Program-made: the position numbers and the translations under genes
Notes under the pieces: model-generated
What the model was told of the DNA's origin: nothing
Seen by the model: only the letters and a program-made list of their open reading frames with translations
Database searches by the model: none
Assembly: GCA_036339465.1 (NCBI GenBank)
Contig: JAYZAY010000033.1
Location: 1-64,000 of the forward strand
DNA: 64,000 nt
Origin: Myxococcota bacterium
GTDB taxonomy: Bacteria > Myxococcota > XYA12-FULL-58-9 > JABJBS01
Direction of reading: 5' to 3'
Shown: piece after piece, positions 19,981 to 30,921 of the stretch
Position numbering within the stretch: position 1 is the first letter of the stretch
How the letters are laid out: every line of letters begins with the position of its first letter

Positions 19981-22900
19981 TCAGAAGCCATATCCTAAAT
20001 TAGGGCTCAACCATCGCTCGACCTCATCGACCGACATACCTTTGCGCTTTGCATAATCCTCAACCTGGTCACGCTGAATTTTACCCAAATTAAAATATTG
20101 GGCAGCTTCATGGCCAAAATACAAACCCGACACCGAACTTGCTGGAGTCATAGCGAAACTGGACGTCAAACGAGCCCCGGTGTATCGCTCGGCATCTAAG
20201 AGCTTCCATAATACTTCTTTTTCCGTGTGATCCGGACAGGAAGGATAACCAGACGCGGGACGGATGCCCCTGTATTTTTCCTTAATCAGAAAGCGATGAG
20301 GGCCTTCCTCAAGTTTTTCATCGGCTAAAAACCCTTCGCTGGCCCCAAAGCCCCATTGATCCCGAGCCTGTTTATGAAGATACTCCGCGGTGGCTTCTGC
20401 AAATCGGTCCCCCAAAGCTTGGATAATAATGGCGGTATAATCGTCGTCTTTTTCTTCCCGGTAATAGCGCGCAAACTCATCCACCTCCATACCTGCACTG
20501 ACCACAAAACCACCGATAAAGTCCTCGATGCCCAGTTCATGAGGCGCCACAAAATCCGCCAAGGACATGCTCACCTTCTGGCTATCGACTTCTCGTTGTT
20601 GTCGGAGAAAATGGAATCGTCCAATCTCATGGTCTCTTTCTGTGGGCGACATAACCGCAATATCATCCCCAAAACGTTTCACCGGCCAAAAAGCCCTGAC
20701 CGCCCGCAAATTAAAACGCTCATTTTCGATGATGTCTTCAAGAACCAACCGAGCATCCTCATATAATTTTCGCGCTTCTTCTCCCACATCCTTTTTCTCG
20801 AAAATCTCTGGGAAGATCCCCTTCAGCTCCCAAGTCCAGAAGAAGGGGGACCAATCGAAATAAGAGACAATCTTTTCCAATGAAAGACACTCGAATGCTT
20901 CAATTCCGAAAGACTCCGGACAACTTACCTCAGCACCACCAAACTCGAGCTTCGCGCCCTTCGCTCGCGCCACATCGATTGTCTGCCATGCATCCGGATC
21001 CGTCGTCCCGAGTGCGAAACGCTCCCTAAGACGGGAAAACTCTTCATTATTCTCTTTGATATAGGTCTCTCGGCCAGATCCCAACAGCGCACTGCACACC
21101 CCCACCACTTGGGATGCATCCGCCACCTGGCAAATCGCCCCCGAATACTTCGGCGCAATTTTTAGAGCCGTATGGACCTTGCTCGTGGTCGCCCCCCCAA
21201 TCAATAGCGGAACATTCAATCCACGTCTTTCCATCTCTTCTGCATTTCGGATCATCTCGTCGAGGGACGGCGTAATCAAACCACTCATACCGATAAAATC
21301 AGCATTGTGCTCCGCAGCTGCCTCTAAAATCGAACGACAATCAACCATCACCCCAAGATCAACAACCTTATAATGATTGCATCCCAAAACGACACCCACG
21401 ATGTTCTTGCCAATATCATGAACATCGCCTTTGACCGTCGCAATCACAAAAGTAGCCACACCATTATCGGCACCATCTTTTTCGTCTTCCATAAAGGGTT
21501 GCAGATAGGCAACCGCTTTCTTCATCACCCGTGCACTCTTCACCACTTGGGGCAAAAACATTTTACCCTCCCCAAAGAGCTTTCCAACCACGCCCATCCC
21601 GTCCATCAAGGGACCCTCGATAACATTGAGAGGGCGACCGTACTTCTTCCTTGCCTCTTCTGTATCCTCCTCAATAAAATCCCCGATTCCCTTCACCAAC
21701 GCATGGGACAGACGGCTTTCGACCGTGCCTTCTCGCCATACCAAAAGATCGGTCTTCTTTTTCACTTTTGTGTCACTCTTATAATCATCGGCGAGTAATA
21801 GAAGCTTCTCCGTTGCCTCGGGATCTCGGTCGAGCAAGACATCTTCAACCACCTTCAACAACGGCGCATCAATTTCCTCATAAACTTCAAGCATACCCGC
21901 ATTGACAATGGCCATATCAAGCCCCGCGGCGATGGCATGATACAAGAAAGCGGAATGCATTGCCTCACGAACAACATTGTTGCCCCTAAAAGAAAATGAG
22001 ATGTTGCTGACCCCACCACTGGTTCTCACTCCAGGACAAAGACGCTTAACTGCGCGCACCGCTTCGATGAAATTGTAAGCATACCGGTTATGCTCCTCCA
22101 TCCCTGTTGCAACCGTGAGAATATTTAAGTCAAAAATAATATCCGCCGGGGGAAAGTGTATTTTCTCAGTGAGTAGTCCGTAGACCCGCTGGGCGATTCG
22201 CACCTTGTCCTCTATGGTGGCCGCTTGCCCTGATTCGTCGAAAGCCATCACAATCACCGCCGCACCGTAGCGCCGACAGAGAGAAGCCTGCCTCAAAAAT
22301 TCATCCTCTCCCTCCTTCAAGCTCAATGAGTTAACCACGGCCTTACCCTGAACACATTGAAGCCCCACTTCCAACACCGACCATTTTGAACTGTCGATCA
22401 TAATAGGAACTCGACAAATATCTGGTTCTGATCCAATCAGATTGAGAAACTGCCTCATGGCCGCCTCCCCCTCAATCAAACCATCATCAAAATTAACGTC
22501 GATCATATTGGCGCCATTTTGAACCTGCTGCCGAGCAACAGCCAAAGCACCTTCGAAATCGTTCGCTTTAATAAGCTTTCTAAAACGCGGCGAACCCGCC
22601 ACATTGGTTCGCTCCCCAATCATCATAAACGCCGCATCTTTCTGACCAATAACCAAGGGCTCCAACCCACTTAGACGGGTCCCATGCAAAGCCACTGGCA
22701 ATTTACGGGGCGGGTAACTCTTAACCCTCTCGACAACCTCCTTAATATGTTCTGGCGTGGTACCACAACAACCACCCGCAACGTTTAAAAGCCCCCCTTT
22801 GGCCATCAACTCCAGCGCCTCGCCGGTGTCCTCAGGCGTTTCATCGTAGCCAGACTCTTTTAAGGGGTTGGGGAGACCCGCATTGGGATAACAATGCACA

Positions 22901-23727
22901 TGGCAATCGGCAATGCGGCTCAGGGTCTGTACATAGGGCAACATGGCGTTGGCCCCCAAAGCACAATTCAATCCCACACACATGGGGCGGGCATGTGCGA
23001 TGGAATACCAAAATGCCTCGGTGGTCTGTCCTGAGAGCGTTCGCCCCGAAGCATCGGTAATCGTGACCGAGATAAAGATAGGAAGCCGTTCATGGTGCTT
23101 ATCAAAAAACGTTTCAATCGCAAAAAGAGCCGCCTTGAGATTCAGCGTATCAAAGACGGTTTCTGGCATCAAAATGTCGACCCCAGCTTCAACCAAGGCC
23201 TCAACTTGTTCATAATACGCTTCGGACAATTCATCGAAAGTAACGGCCCGATAACCCGGGTCATTCACATCCGGCGAAAGAGAAGCGGTTCGGTTGGTGG
23301 GCCCAATAGCACCCGCCACAAAGGCTTGGCGACTTGGGTCTTCTTCTTTGAGCAACGCAACAGCTTCTTGAGCCACCCGAACCGAGGCGATATTAAGCTC
23401 TTTCACCAAAGATGCCATCCCGTAATCAGCCATGGCAATGGAAGTTGCGCTAAAGGTGTTGGTTTCCACAATGTCAGACCCGGCCCTCAAGAAATCCAGA
23501 TGGACATCGCGAATCACGTCGGGTTTCGTAATCGAAAGGAGGTCGTTGTTGCCCTTGAGATCGGATTGGTAATCTTTGAATCGCTCGCCGCGGTAGTCCT
23601 CTTCGGTCAATCCACGGCGCTGGATCATCGTTCCCATGGCACCATCTAGAAACATCACCCGTTGTCCCAAAAGGGATTCTAATTCCACGCCTTTTTGACT
23701 CAATGGCCGTTGGTTTCGTAAAGTCAC
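19981..23727 (-). CDS. metH: cobalamin-dependent methionine synthase
   Basis: [29 protein letters not shown]12 motif [22 protein letters not shown]. Confidence 0.97.
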   Translation of the reverse strand: MTLRNQRPLSQKGVELESLLGQRVMFLDGAMGTMIQRRGLTEEDYRGERFKDYQSDLKGNNDLLSITKPDVIRDVHLDFLRAGSDIVETNTFSATSIAMADYGMASLVKELNIASVRVAQEAVALLKEEDPSRQAFVAGAIGPTNRTASLSPDVNDPGYRAVTFDELSEAYYEQVEALVEAGVDILMPETVFDTLNLKAALFAIETFFDKHHERLPIFISVTITDASGRTLSGQTTEAFWYSIAHARPMCVGLNCALGANAMLPYVQTLSRIADCHVHCYPNAGLPNPLKESGYDETPEDTGEALELMAKGGLLNVAGGCCGTTPEHIKEVVERVKSYPPRKLPVALHGTRLSGLEPLVIGQKDAAFMMIGERTNVAGSPRFRKLIKANDFEGALAVARQQVQNGANMIDVNFDDGLIEGEAAMRQFLNLIGSEPDICRVPIMIDSSKWSVLEVGLQCVQGKAVVNSLSLKEGEDEFLRQASLCRRYGAAVIVMAFDESGQAATIEDKVRIAQRVYGLLTEKIHFPPADIIFDLNILTVATGMEEHNRYAYNFIEAVRAVKRLCPGVRTSGGVSNISFSFRGNNVVREAMHSAFLYHAIAAGLDMAIVNAGMLEVYEEIDAPLLKVVEDVLLDRDPEATEKLLLLADDYKSDTKVKKKTDLLVWREGTVESRLSHALVKGIGDFIEEDTEEARKKYGRPLNVIEGPLMDGMGVVGKLFGEGKMFLPQVVKSARVMKKAVAYLQPFMEDEKDGADNGVATFVIATVKGDVHDIGKNIVGVVLGCNHYKVVDLGVMVDCRSILEAAAEHNADFIGMSGLITPSLDEMIRNAEEMERRGLNVPLLIGGATTSKVHTALKIAPKYSGAICQVADASQVVGVCSALLGSGRETYIKENNEEFSRLRERFALGTTDPDAWQTIDVARAKGAKLEFGGAEVSCPESFGIEAFECLSLEKIVSYFDWSPFFWTWELKGIFPEIFEKKDVGEEARKLYEDARLVLEDIIENERFNLRAVRAFWPVKRFGDDIAVMSPTERDHEIGRFHFLRQQREVDSQKVSMSLADFVAPHELGIEDFIGGFVVSAGMEVDEFARYYREEKDDDYTAIIIQALGDRFAEATAEYLHKQARDQWGFGASEGFLADEKLEEGPHRFLIKEKYRGIRPASGYPSCPDHTEKEVLWKLLDAERYTGARLTSSFAMTPASSVSGLYFGHEAAQYFNLGKIQRDQVEDYAKRKGMSVDEVERWLSPNLGYGF

Positions 23728-23875
23728 ACAAGCACTCCTTACTTACTATCTAGTCATTAAGTGCCTTTAACGCATACCGCCAACTGGAGAGCAAGTATTC
23801 CGCTCCGGTATCAAACCATTCTTGACTTCAAACCAAGTGCTCAGGCAACCTAGGAGCCAATCGAAGGAAAAATCC

Positions 23876-24754
23876 ATGATCAAAAAGAGGCGAATATCAT
23901 CCATCCAGGGCAATTCACAACGACTCGACGGCGGCGCTATGTTCGGCAATGCCCCCCGGGAACTTTGGAGCAAGTGGCTGCCGCCTGACGAAAAAAATAG
24001 GGTGCCTCTCTGTTGCCGCGCAATGCTCGTCGAAGAATCGGACGGTCGCCGAATTTTATTTGAAGCAGGCATCGGCGCTTTTTTCGATCCCAAATTGAAA
24101 AACCGTTTCGGCGTGGTGGAATCAGAACATGTCCTGCTTCAATCGCTTCAATCCCACGGCATCAGCCACCACGAAATCGACCTCGTGGTACTTTCCCACA
24201 TGCATTTCGATCACACCGGCGGTCTTTTGAGTACTTTCAACCCCGATGCCCCCACCGAACTTCTATTTCCCAAGGCCACCTTCATCGTCGGGGAAGAAGC
24301 CTGGCAACGAATGTGTCACCCCCATCCCCGGGATAAAGCCTCCTTCATTCCTCAAATGAAACCCCTCCTGGAAAACTCCGGCCGACTCACCATCGTCAAG
24401 GCCGATGATGCCGAAAAAATATTGGGTCCCGGATACCGATTCCACCTTAGCCACGGCCACACCCCCGGACTACTCCTGGCCGAAATATCCATGCCCGGTG
24501 GCCCCGTGGTATTCGCTGGTGACCTCATACCCGCAACCCCCTGGGTGCACCTTCCCATCACCATGGGCTACGACCGATTTCCCGAACTTTTAATCGATGA
24601 AAAAACACGCCTCCTAGAAGATTTGTTGCACCGGCAAGGCCGCTTATTTTATACCCATGACCACGACGTCGCCATCTCAAACCTGACCCAAGACGAGCGC
24701 GGGCGATTCAAAGCCGACCGACCCTTGAATAAAATCATACACTTGGACCACTAA
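23876..24754 (+). CDS. MBL-fold metallohydrolase (YtnP-like)
   Basis: [34 protein letters not shown] before ATG 23876. Confidence 0.88.
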   Translation: MIKKRRISSIQGNSQRLDGGAMFGNAPRELWSKWLPPDEKNRVPLCCRAMLVEESDGRRILFEAGIGAFFDPKLKNRFGVVESEHVLLQSLQSHGISHHEIDLVVLSHMHFDHTGGLLSTFNPDAPTELLFPKATFIVGEEAWQRMCHPHPRDKASFIPQMKPLLENSGRLTIVKADDAEKILGPGYRFHLSHGHTPGLLLAEISMPGGPVVFAGDLIPATPWVHLPITMGYDRFPELLIDEKTRLLEDLLHRQGRLFYTHDHDVAISNLTQDERGRFKADRPLNKIIHLDH

Positions 24755-24756
24755 AA

Positions 24757-25812
24757 ATGAATTGGAGCCACGACATTGAGCCCAGACTGGTAGAAGAAGC
24801 AACGGCGCTTTGTGGTGAATTCAAAATAATAGATCTCCACCTCGATACCTTGATACCCTACCGGCTCTTCCACTACGACCTTAACAAACACCATGCCAAA
24901 ACCCCTTTGCGCGGAAATTTTTTCGGACACTTCGATTTTCCACAGGCATCGGCCTCCAATCTCAACGCGGCCATGTGGTCCATCACCACCAATCCATTTC
25001 AACAGCCAAAAGCCCGGTGGGACCACCTCCTTAAAACCTTCCGCCATTTTCAAACCGAAATCAAAACCACACATCAAAAGATATCCCTTGCGAAAACAGC
25101 ACCGGAGTTGAACCTCCAACTCGAAAATAAAGACCATGTGTGTCTCCTTGCCATCCAAGGAGGCAATAGCCTCCAGAAAGCCCCAGAGGATTTCTTTGAC
25201 CAACTCGACCAATCACTCACCCGGGTGACCATCGTCCACCTGACCAATTCAGTGTTCGGAGCAACCTCCAGCCCCCTAGGTTATCTCACCCGGAAAAAGG
25301 GACTCACCCGTGAAGGCCACCAACTCATCGAACGGCTCAACCACCACCGGATTTTCGTGGACCTCGCCCATGCCCATCCTGCCCTCTTTTGGGATACCGT
25401 TCGTATTCACGACAGACAACAACCCCTCATCTGCACCCACACCGGGGTGAACGGAGTGCGAAAACACTGGAGAAACCTCGATGACTCACAACTCAAAGCC
25501 ATCGCCGAAAGCGGGGGCACCATCGGGGTCATGTTCGAGAAGAGTTTTCTCAATCGTCCCACCGGTCCACTCAATGGGCGAATGGTAGTCGAGCATATTG
25601 CCCATATTATTAAAATCGTGGGAGAAGATCACGTCTCCATCGGCTCCGACTACGACGGCTTCATACGCCCCCCCCGTGGACTCGGCCCTAGGGCAACCTA
25701 CCTACCTCTCGTGGCTTGGATGCTTGAAAGACGTTTTAGTGAGGAAAGAATCGCCAAAATCCTCAGCAAAAACTTTCTTCGCTGCTTCGAACACCTAAGA
25801 CCCCACGAATAA
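24757..25812 (+). CDS. membrane dipeptidase (peptidase M19)
   Basis: DLHLDT, VDLAH, THT, RNLDD, IGSDYDG. Confidence 0.88.
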   Translation: MNWSHDIEPRLVEEATALCGEFKIIDLHLDTLIPYRLFHYDLNKHHAKTPLRGNFFGHFDFPQASASNLNAAMWSITTNPFQQPKARWDHLLKTFRHFQTEIKTTHQKISLAKTAPELNLQLENKDHVCLLAIQGGNSLQKAPEDFFDQLDQSLTRVTIVHLTNSVFGATSSPLGYLTRKKGLTREGHQLIERLNHHRIFVDLAHAHPALFWDTVRIHDRQQPLICTHTGVNGVRKHWRNLDDSQLKAIAESGGTIGVMFEKSFLNRPTGPLNGRMVVEHIAHIIKIVGEDHVSIGSDYDGFIRPPRGLGPRATYLPLVAWMLERRFSEERIAKILSKNFLRCFEHLRPHE

Positions 25813-25868
25813 TGATCAGATATAACTTCTTTAAATCCAGGTGGCCGCCATCGCCGCACAAAAATCCC

Positions 25869-25896
25869 TTGCGCCAATACAATAGAGTGCTACTAT
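25869..25896 (+). promoter_or_regulatory. putative sigma-70 promoter
   Basis: TTGCGC-N16-TACTAT with extended -10 TG. Confidence 0.5.
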
Positions 25897-26062
25897 GACC
25901 AGGATTTTGGCTTAATGCGTTAAATTCTGTTTAGAAAAACAAAAGCCAAATTGTTGGTGACCCAGGCCGGTTTGGATAGAATTTAGTCCGGGAGTAGTGA
26001 TTCAGCCTGCAGTGATTCATCCTAAAGTTTCGGCGCCCCTAATAAGAGCAAAAGGAATATCA

Positions 26063-26455
26063 ATGACCAATACCACTGCTAGAGTACAGAAACCGAAAAA
26101 TGAGGACGAACTCGAAACTACATTCCTCGCTCATAATCCACGTCTTGACCGCAAAATCATCAATGGAATGTTGAGTGATCCCGAAAAATTACTGAATGAT
26201 TTCGAAAAAGAAGGGATCGACAAAAACCTTGTGCTTCGACGCGCGGCTGACTGTGGTATCAGCGACTCAATCCTACGCCAAATGAAGCGGGTGGCATGTG
26301 ATTTGGCGGGTGAGAAAACAGTTAAACACAGCATAGGATCCAGCATCAAGGCCCGAGAATGCCTTTCTTGTGAGCGAATTTTTCTGTCCACCGGCCCCGG
26401 CAACCGACTCTGTAACCGCTGCCGCGGTGCAGACGCTGGACTCGCTTCGATCTAA
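26063..26455 (+). CDS. hypothetical protein with C-terminal Cys4 zinc-binding motif
   Basis: RECLSCERIFLSTGPGNRLCNRC; AAGGA RBS before ATG 26063. Confidence 0.75.
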   Translation: MTNTTARVQKPKNEDELETTFLAHNPRLDRKIINGMLSDPEKLLNDFEKEGIDKNLVLRRAADCGISDSILRQMKRVACDLAGEKTVKHSIGSSIKARECLSCERIFLSTGPGNRLCNRCRGADAGLASI

Positions 26456-26552
26456 TTGGCTCCTTCGTGCTAATTGGCTCCTTCGATCTAATTGGCTCCT
26501 TCGATCTAATTGACTCCTTCGTGCTAATTGGCTCCTTCGTGCTAATTGGCCC
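26445..26552. repeat. tandem repeat, 6 x 18 bp CTTCG(AT/TG)CTAATTGGCTC
   Basis: Units start at 26445, 26463, 26481, 26499, 26517, 26535; the first contains the upstream gene's TAA. Confidence 0.95.
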
Positions 26553-26725
26553 AAAGCCAGTCTCCCTAGCCACACCGCACTCTTGTGCCAATATCTATGC
26601 CATCTCAGTAAACAGGCAATCGGCAATAAATAGGCGGCATCTTACGCCCATGGCTGGGCCCAGCTTGAAGCAAACGCCGCCTGTTTTCTCCAAATGTCAA
26701 AGTGCGGTGGCATGTCCGCATTCAT

Positions 26726-27601
26726 TCAACCGATAAACCTCACGATTCTGTCCAGAGCCACTTTGCCCTCGGACATCCAAGTGAAGGTAGGCCAAATATG
26801 GAACATTCCCTCACCCTTCACAAATTCAACCTCAACTCCCTCGCCTTCAAGCTTGCACGCAAACTCCAGACAATCGGGATAGAGAATTTCATCCGTCCCC
26901 GCTGCCACCAAAGTGGGAGGAAAATCATGGTGTGCCCCGTTTATCGCCGACAAATAGGGATCATCCAAAGGCGTTTCTCCAGCATAACATGCGTTGATCC
27001 GATGAACCCAAGCAGCACGAATCATCAAATCCCGAGTCTCTATTTCCGGAATTTGAGGATGTTTTAATTCCATATCCACCAAGGGAGAAATCGTCACAAG
27101 CTTAAGGGGTAAAGGCTTGCCCAGTTCTCTAAGCTTTCGCGTTAAGGCCAAACTCAAGGTACCTCCCGCCGAATCCCCAACCAATATAATCTCAGAATGC
27201 GCCCGGTAATGGTCATAAATGTCCAAAACAGCATTGAGTGCGCAAGGATAGGGATATTCCGGCGCAAGAGGATAATCCGGCGCACTACAAGCATACCCAG
27301 TCTTCTTGGCCAACGCTGCCAAAAAGAGCCACTGGTTGAGAAACGGCCCTCCCACAAAGCCACCACCGTGAAGATAAAGAATCTTCACTCCCCTTCGCTC
27401 CCGTCGAGGCGTGACAACCTCTGTGGAAATTTCCCCGATATGAGCACGGTGATGCTTAGAACCAAGAAAAAGCCAAGACCGTGGCTTCGGCATATAATAA
27501 AATCCCCCTCGCCAATGATAAATAACATCCTCAGCAGAGGAATCCGGGGGCGGTTTCGTCAGCGAAACAAGTCTTTTAAAACCAAAAGTAGTGATGCCCA
27601 T
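26726..27601 (-). CDS. alpha/beta hydrolase, HSL-type esterase/lipase
   Basis: HGGG oxyanion motif, YPLAPE, GDSAGG nucleophile, MFH catalytic His. Confidence 0.9.
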   Translation of the reverse strand: MGITTFGFKRLVSLTKPPPDSSAEDVIYHWRGGFYYMPKPRSWLFLGSKHHRAHIGEISTEVVTPRRERRGVKILYLHGGGFVGGPFLNQWLFLAALAKKTGYACSAPDYPLAPEYPYPCALNAVLDIYDHYRAHSEIILVGDSAGGTLSLALTRKLRELGKPLPLKLVTISPLVDMELKHPQIPEIETRDLMIRAAWVHRINACYAGETPLDDPYLSAINGAHHDFPPTLVAAGTDEILYPDCLEFACKLEGEGVEVEFVKGEGMFHIWPTFTWMSEGKVALDRIVRFIG

Positions 27602-28068
27602 GACAAAGGTTCATATCGACTTCCAGAAATCCCTCAAAGACGCACCACAAAGTTTCTGCGGTTCTCAAATCCATTAAGATCATCCAAGTCCAAGGCGTTT
27701 CCCGAGCCCACCGTATTGGGTCGAGCCCTCTTCAAACTGTAGCCATCCAAAGATCCCAGACCTCCCCATCTTTGGCCAAGAAATGGGCCTCGAAACCCTA
27801 GAAGCCATCCAACTGTGGAATTATCTTATGCAACCCCAACTCAAACTCAAACACCAAATCTTCCAGCTTCTTTAGGATGTCTTTAGGATGTAGCCTCTCC
27901 TGTAGATCCCAATTAAACCATCAATGTTTTTTCGTCCCCGAGGATTGGCACCCGCCACCATTTCCATTTCGCCCATCTGTGGGTCTTTAGAGAGCCGTGC
28001 TTGTCTCTCCACAAAACAAACAGCCACCCACGCGCTTGAAGGCACCATCAACAGGCCCCTGGCTTCCC

Positions 28069-28878
28069 CTATGCCAAGAGCTTCCTGCTGCAGTATTTAC
28101 AGAATATCGAGTCAAAGTCGTGCCCTTCCGTGGAGCAAGACGGGCATGCCCTAGAAACTTTATGAACGTTTTTTTGGCTGGCTAATTCCGAGGTTACAAT
28201 ACCCGCAGGCACGGCAATAATCCCGTACCCTAGGAGCATGATCACCGCGGCAATGAATTGGCCAAAATTGGTACTCGGCGCCATGTCACCGTAACCAACA
28301 GTCGTGAGGGTTACAATGGCCCAATAAACGCTTTTGGGAATACTGGTAAAGCCGTTCTCGCTTCCTTCGATGGCATAAATAACCGCGCCCAAAATAGTGA
28401 CGAGAATCAGAACGGTAAAGATAAATACGCAAATTTTGCGCGCGCTGCCCTTTAGCCCTTGGACTAAAACATTGGACTCTTGCATAAATTGGACAAGTTT
28501 CAGGATCCGAAAAATCCGCAACACCCTAAACAACCGAATAACCGTTAGATACTGACTCCCCGGAAAAAAGACACTGAGATAAGTCGGAAGTATGGCCAAA
28601 AGATCGATCAACCCAAAAAAGCTCAAAGCGTATTTTAAACCAGGCCTGACCGTCCATAGCCTCAATCCATATTCAAGCTTAAATATAAGGGTAAAAATCC
28701 ACTCGAGTTTGTAAAGAAGTGGTCCGTATTCTGCCGATACGGAAGCCACACTATCGAGCATCACCACGAAAACACTGGCCAGAATCAAGGCAATAAGAAG
28801 AATATCAAAAAGTCTACCACCGGGGGTCTCAGATCCGAAAATAATACCGTCGATTCTCTCACGCATGGCGGGGCCCAT
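28069..28878 (-). CDS. 6TM voltage-gated-type potassium channel
   Basis: S4-like RLFRVLRIFRILKL, filter TTVGYGD, C-terminal CxxC...CxxC. Confidence 0.93.
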   Translation of the reverse strand: MGPAMRERIDGIIFGSETPGGRLFDILLIALILASVFVVMLDSVASVSAEYGPLLYKLEWIFTLIFKLEYGLRLWTVRPGLKYALSFFGLIDLLAILPTYLSVFFPGSQYLTVIRLFRVLRIFRILKLVQFMQESNVLVQGLKGSARKICVFIFTVLILVTILGAVIYAIEGSENGFTSIPKSVYWAIVTLTTVGYGDMAPSTNFGQFIAAVIMLLGYGIIAVPAGIVTSELASQKNVHKVSRACPSCSTEGHDFDSIFCKYCSRKLLA

Positions 28879-29217
28879 AGCACTCTCTCTCGAGCTAATC
28901 GAGACTTCGACCCGGAAACGCGTTCACTAAATGGAAGGTTATTTTCCAGCAAACACCAAGAAATCTCGAAATACTTGCCCGAGGCAATACAGTGGCCCAA
29001 AGACCATCACCTGCGCCCTTAGATTATTTCCTGGAAACAGAGTGGGACCAACCGAAAAAGCCGCTTTTTATCAATCGCCAAAAATTATTCGACCTAGGAA
29101 AGCGTAACCAAAGCTTATTTCTTTGACAAAATGGAGTTGATGACGGATTTTTCAATGATAGAGCCCACAAACACCTTTGTCCCGCGGCTCCTCACGACCC
29201 TTTAAACCCCTCGCCAT

Positions 29218-30921
29218 TTAAACCGGGCTCCTCGGGAGGGTTATTTCAAAACAAGCCCCTACCCCCTCACAATCCACGAGCTGGATCTCCCCATTCATCT
29301 CCGTCACAATCCGATGAACCAAGGCCAAACCCAAACCAGTACCCTGCGCTTTCGTGGTAATATAGGGCGTAAAAAGACGATCCCGAACCGTCTCAGCCAC
29401 GCCGGGACCTGAATCCTGAATCCGCACCCAACACGCCTCCCCTTCAATACCCGCCGATACCCCCAATACCCCTTCTCCCTCCATGGCCTCCACGCCGTTT
29501 TTCACCAGATTGCTAAACACCGTTCCCAAACGGTCGCGGTCCGCGAGCATCGTGATAGCCTCCGGTTCAAACGCCCGTTTAATCAATACTCCTGGATTGC
29601 TCTCGCCATAAAGGGTCAGGGCCTTATCTAAAACATCCATAAGATTGAGTTGCTCGGGCTTAGGCTCAGGAAGTTTGGCAAACCGAGAAAAATTATCGGC
29701 CATATTCTTCAAGCGATGAACCTCTTCTTTTACCGCCTCAGCCTGCTCCGATAAAATTTCGTCAAAATCCTCTCTGCCTTTTTGGTGGGCGCGCTCAACC
29801 ACCTGCAGAGCCCCCAAAATGGGGGTGAGGGGATTTTTCAGTTCGTGGGCCAAACCTCGCGCAATCTCTCTCCAAGTAGCCACCCTCTCAGCCTGGACCA
29901 ATTTTTCCCTTGAATGCCGTAAATCCTCAGCCATGTGATTAAAACTATCCACCAAATTCCGAATTTCAGAGGCAGAATTCTCTGGCACTTCGACTCTAGT
30001 TTCCAAACTTCCCTCCCTCAAACTCTGGGTAGCGCCTGCCAATTTCGATATCGGCTTGCCCAAACGGTCTGCCAAAATAAACGCCAACCATAGAGAAAGC
30101 AGAAGTCCGACCAAAGCAATACTAAAGGTTTGCCCAAAAAGTTGATGATTCAAAGAATCCAACCGGCTCCGCCCTAGACCAACCCACAACCTGTTACGTA
30201 GGTCCCCTTTTCCCAATAGCCCCGCTGAAACCCACTCTAAACCTATGTTTTCTGCCACACCTAAATCCCGCGATGAAACGTTGGAAAAATCCTCAGCCCT
30301 TGAAATCTCGCAGTTTCTTACACCACCATCATTTCGACACAACGCCAGAAGGTCACCGTCCAAACCCCGTCTCATCCGTTCAAGGAAATCCAAACCATAA
30401 AACCGACCCAACACGAAAACCAAGCTCTCACCGTTTCTCGCTGCTGCTTTCACCGGACGCTCCAAAGCGAAGGACTGTCCTCGCGCGGTAATTTCCGAAA
30501 TGAGAATCGTGGAATCGAAATGTTGACGATAGGTATCAAATTTCGGGTCAACAGCCCCATAGGAAGCAGGCCAATAACCCGAGGAACGCACCACCCCGTT
30601 TAAATCGAGAACCTTCAATATATCGAGAGGGCTTCCCTCTAACTCTTTGTTCGCCCAACGGTAACGTTCACTAATGGTTCCAGAAAGAAAATCCCATGGA
30701 ACCGAAGACCCCTCCCCCAATAAATCATCCACAGCCTCATTAATCGCCAAATCGGTTTCTCGCACCTCCGATTGTACTGCCCGTAAAATCCCCTTTGCTT
30801 TCTCATCGAGTTGTTCCACAAAATAATCACGAACCGTTTGGTAGTGCCAAACCGCCCCCAATGCGATCAAGAGCGTAATAGGAACCGCGAGGGTTAGAAA
30901 TATGCGACGGCGAAGGGTCAT
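29218..30921 (-). CDS. HAMP-domain sensor histidine kinase (NtrY-like)
   Basis: Two TM helices, HAMP, H-box LAHELKNPLTP, NLVKNG, DSGPG, GTGLGL; ATGA overlap with upstream gene. Confidence 0.92.
   Translation of the reverse strand: MTLRRRIFLTLAVPITLLIALGAVWHYQTVRDYFVEQLDEKAKGILRAVQSEVRETDLAINEAVDDLLGEGSSVPWDFLSGTISERYRWANKELEGSPLDILKVLDLNGVVRSSGYWPASYGAVDPKFDTYRQHFDSTILISEITARGQSFALERPVKAAARNGESLVFVLGRFYGLDFLERMRRGLDGDLLALCRNDGGVRNCEISRAEDFSNVSSRDLGVAENIGLEWVSAGLLGKGDLRNRLWVGLGRSRLDSLNHQLFGQTFSIALVGLLLSLWLAFILADRLGKPISKLAGATQSLREGSLETRVEVPENSASEIRNLVDSFNHMAEDLRHSREKLVQAERVATWREIARGLAHELKNPLTPILGALQVVERAHQKGREDFDEILSEQAEAVKEEVHRLKNMADNFSRFAKLPEPKPEQLNLMDVLDKALTLYGESNPGVLIKRAFEPEAITMLADRDRLGTVFSNLVKNGVEAMEGEGVLGVSAGIEGEACWVRIQDSGPGVAETVRDRLFTPYITTKAQGTGLGLALVHRIVTEMNGEIQLVDCEGVGACFEITLPRSPV

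Noticed and set aside
23728..23875. SAM/B12 riboswitch upstream of metH
   Set aside because: No recognisable aptamer consensus in this short divergent intergenic region.
26445..26552. CRISPR array
   Set aside because: Units are contiguous 18-mers without spacers, and there are no cas genes in the window.
26577..26591. Sigma-54 promoter on the minus strand (TTGGCACAAGAGTGC)
   Set aside because: GG-to-GC spacing is 9 nt rather than 10, and no credible gene lies downstream.
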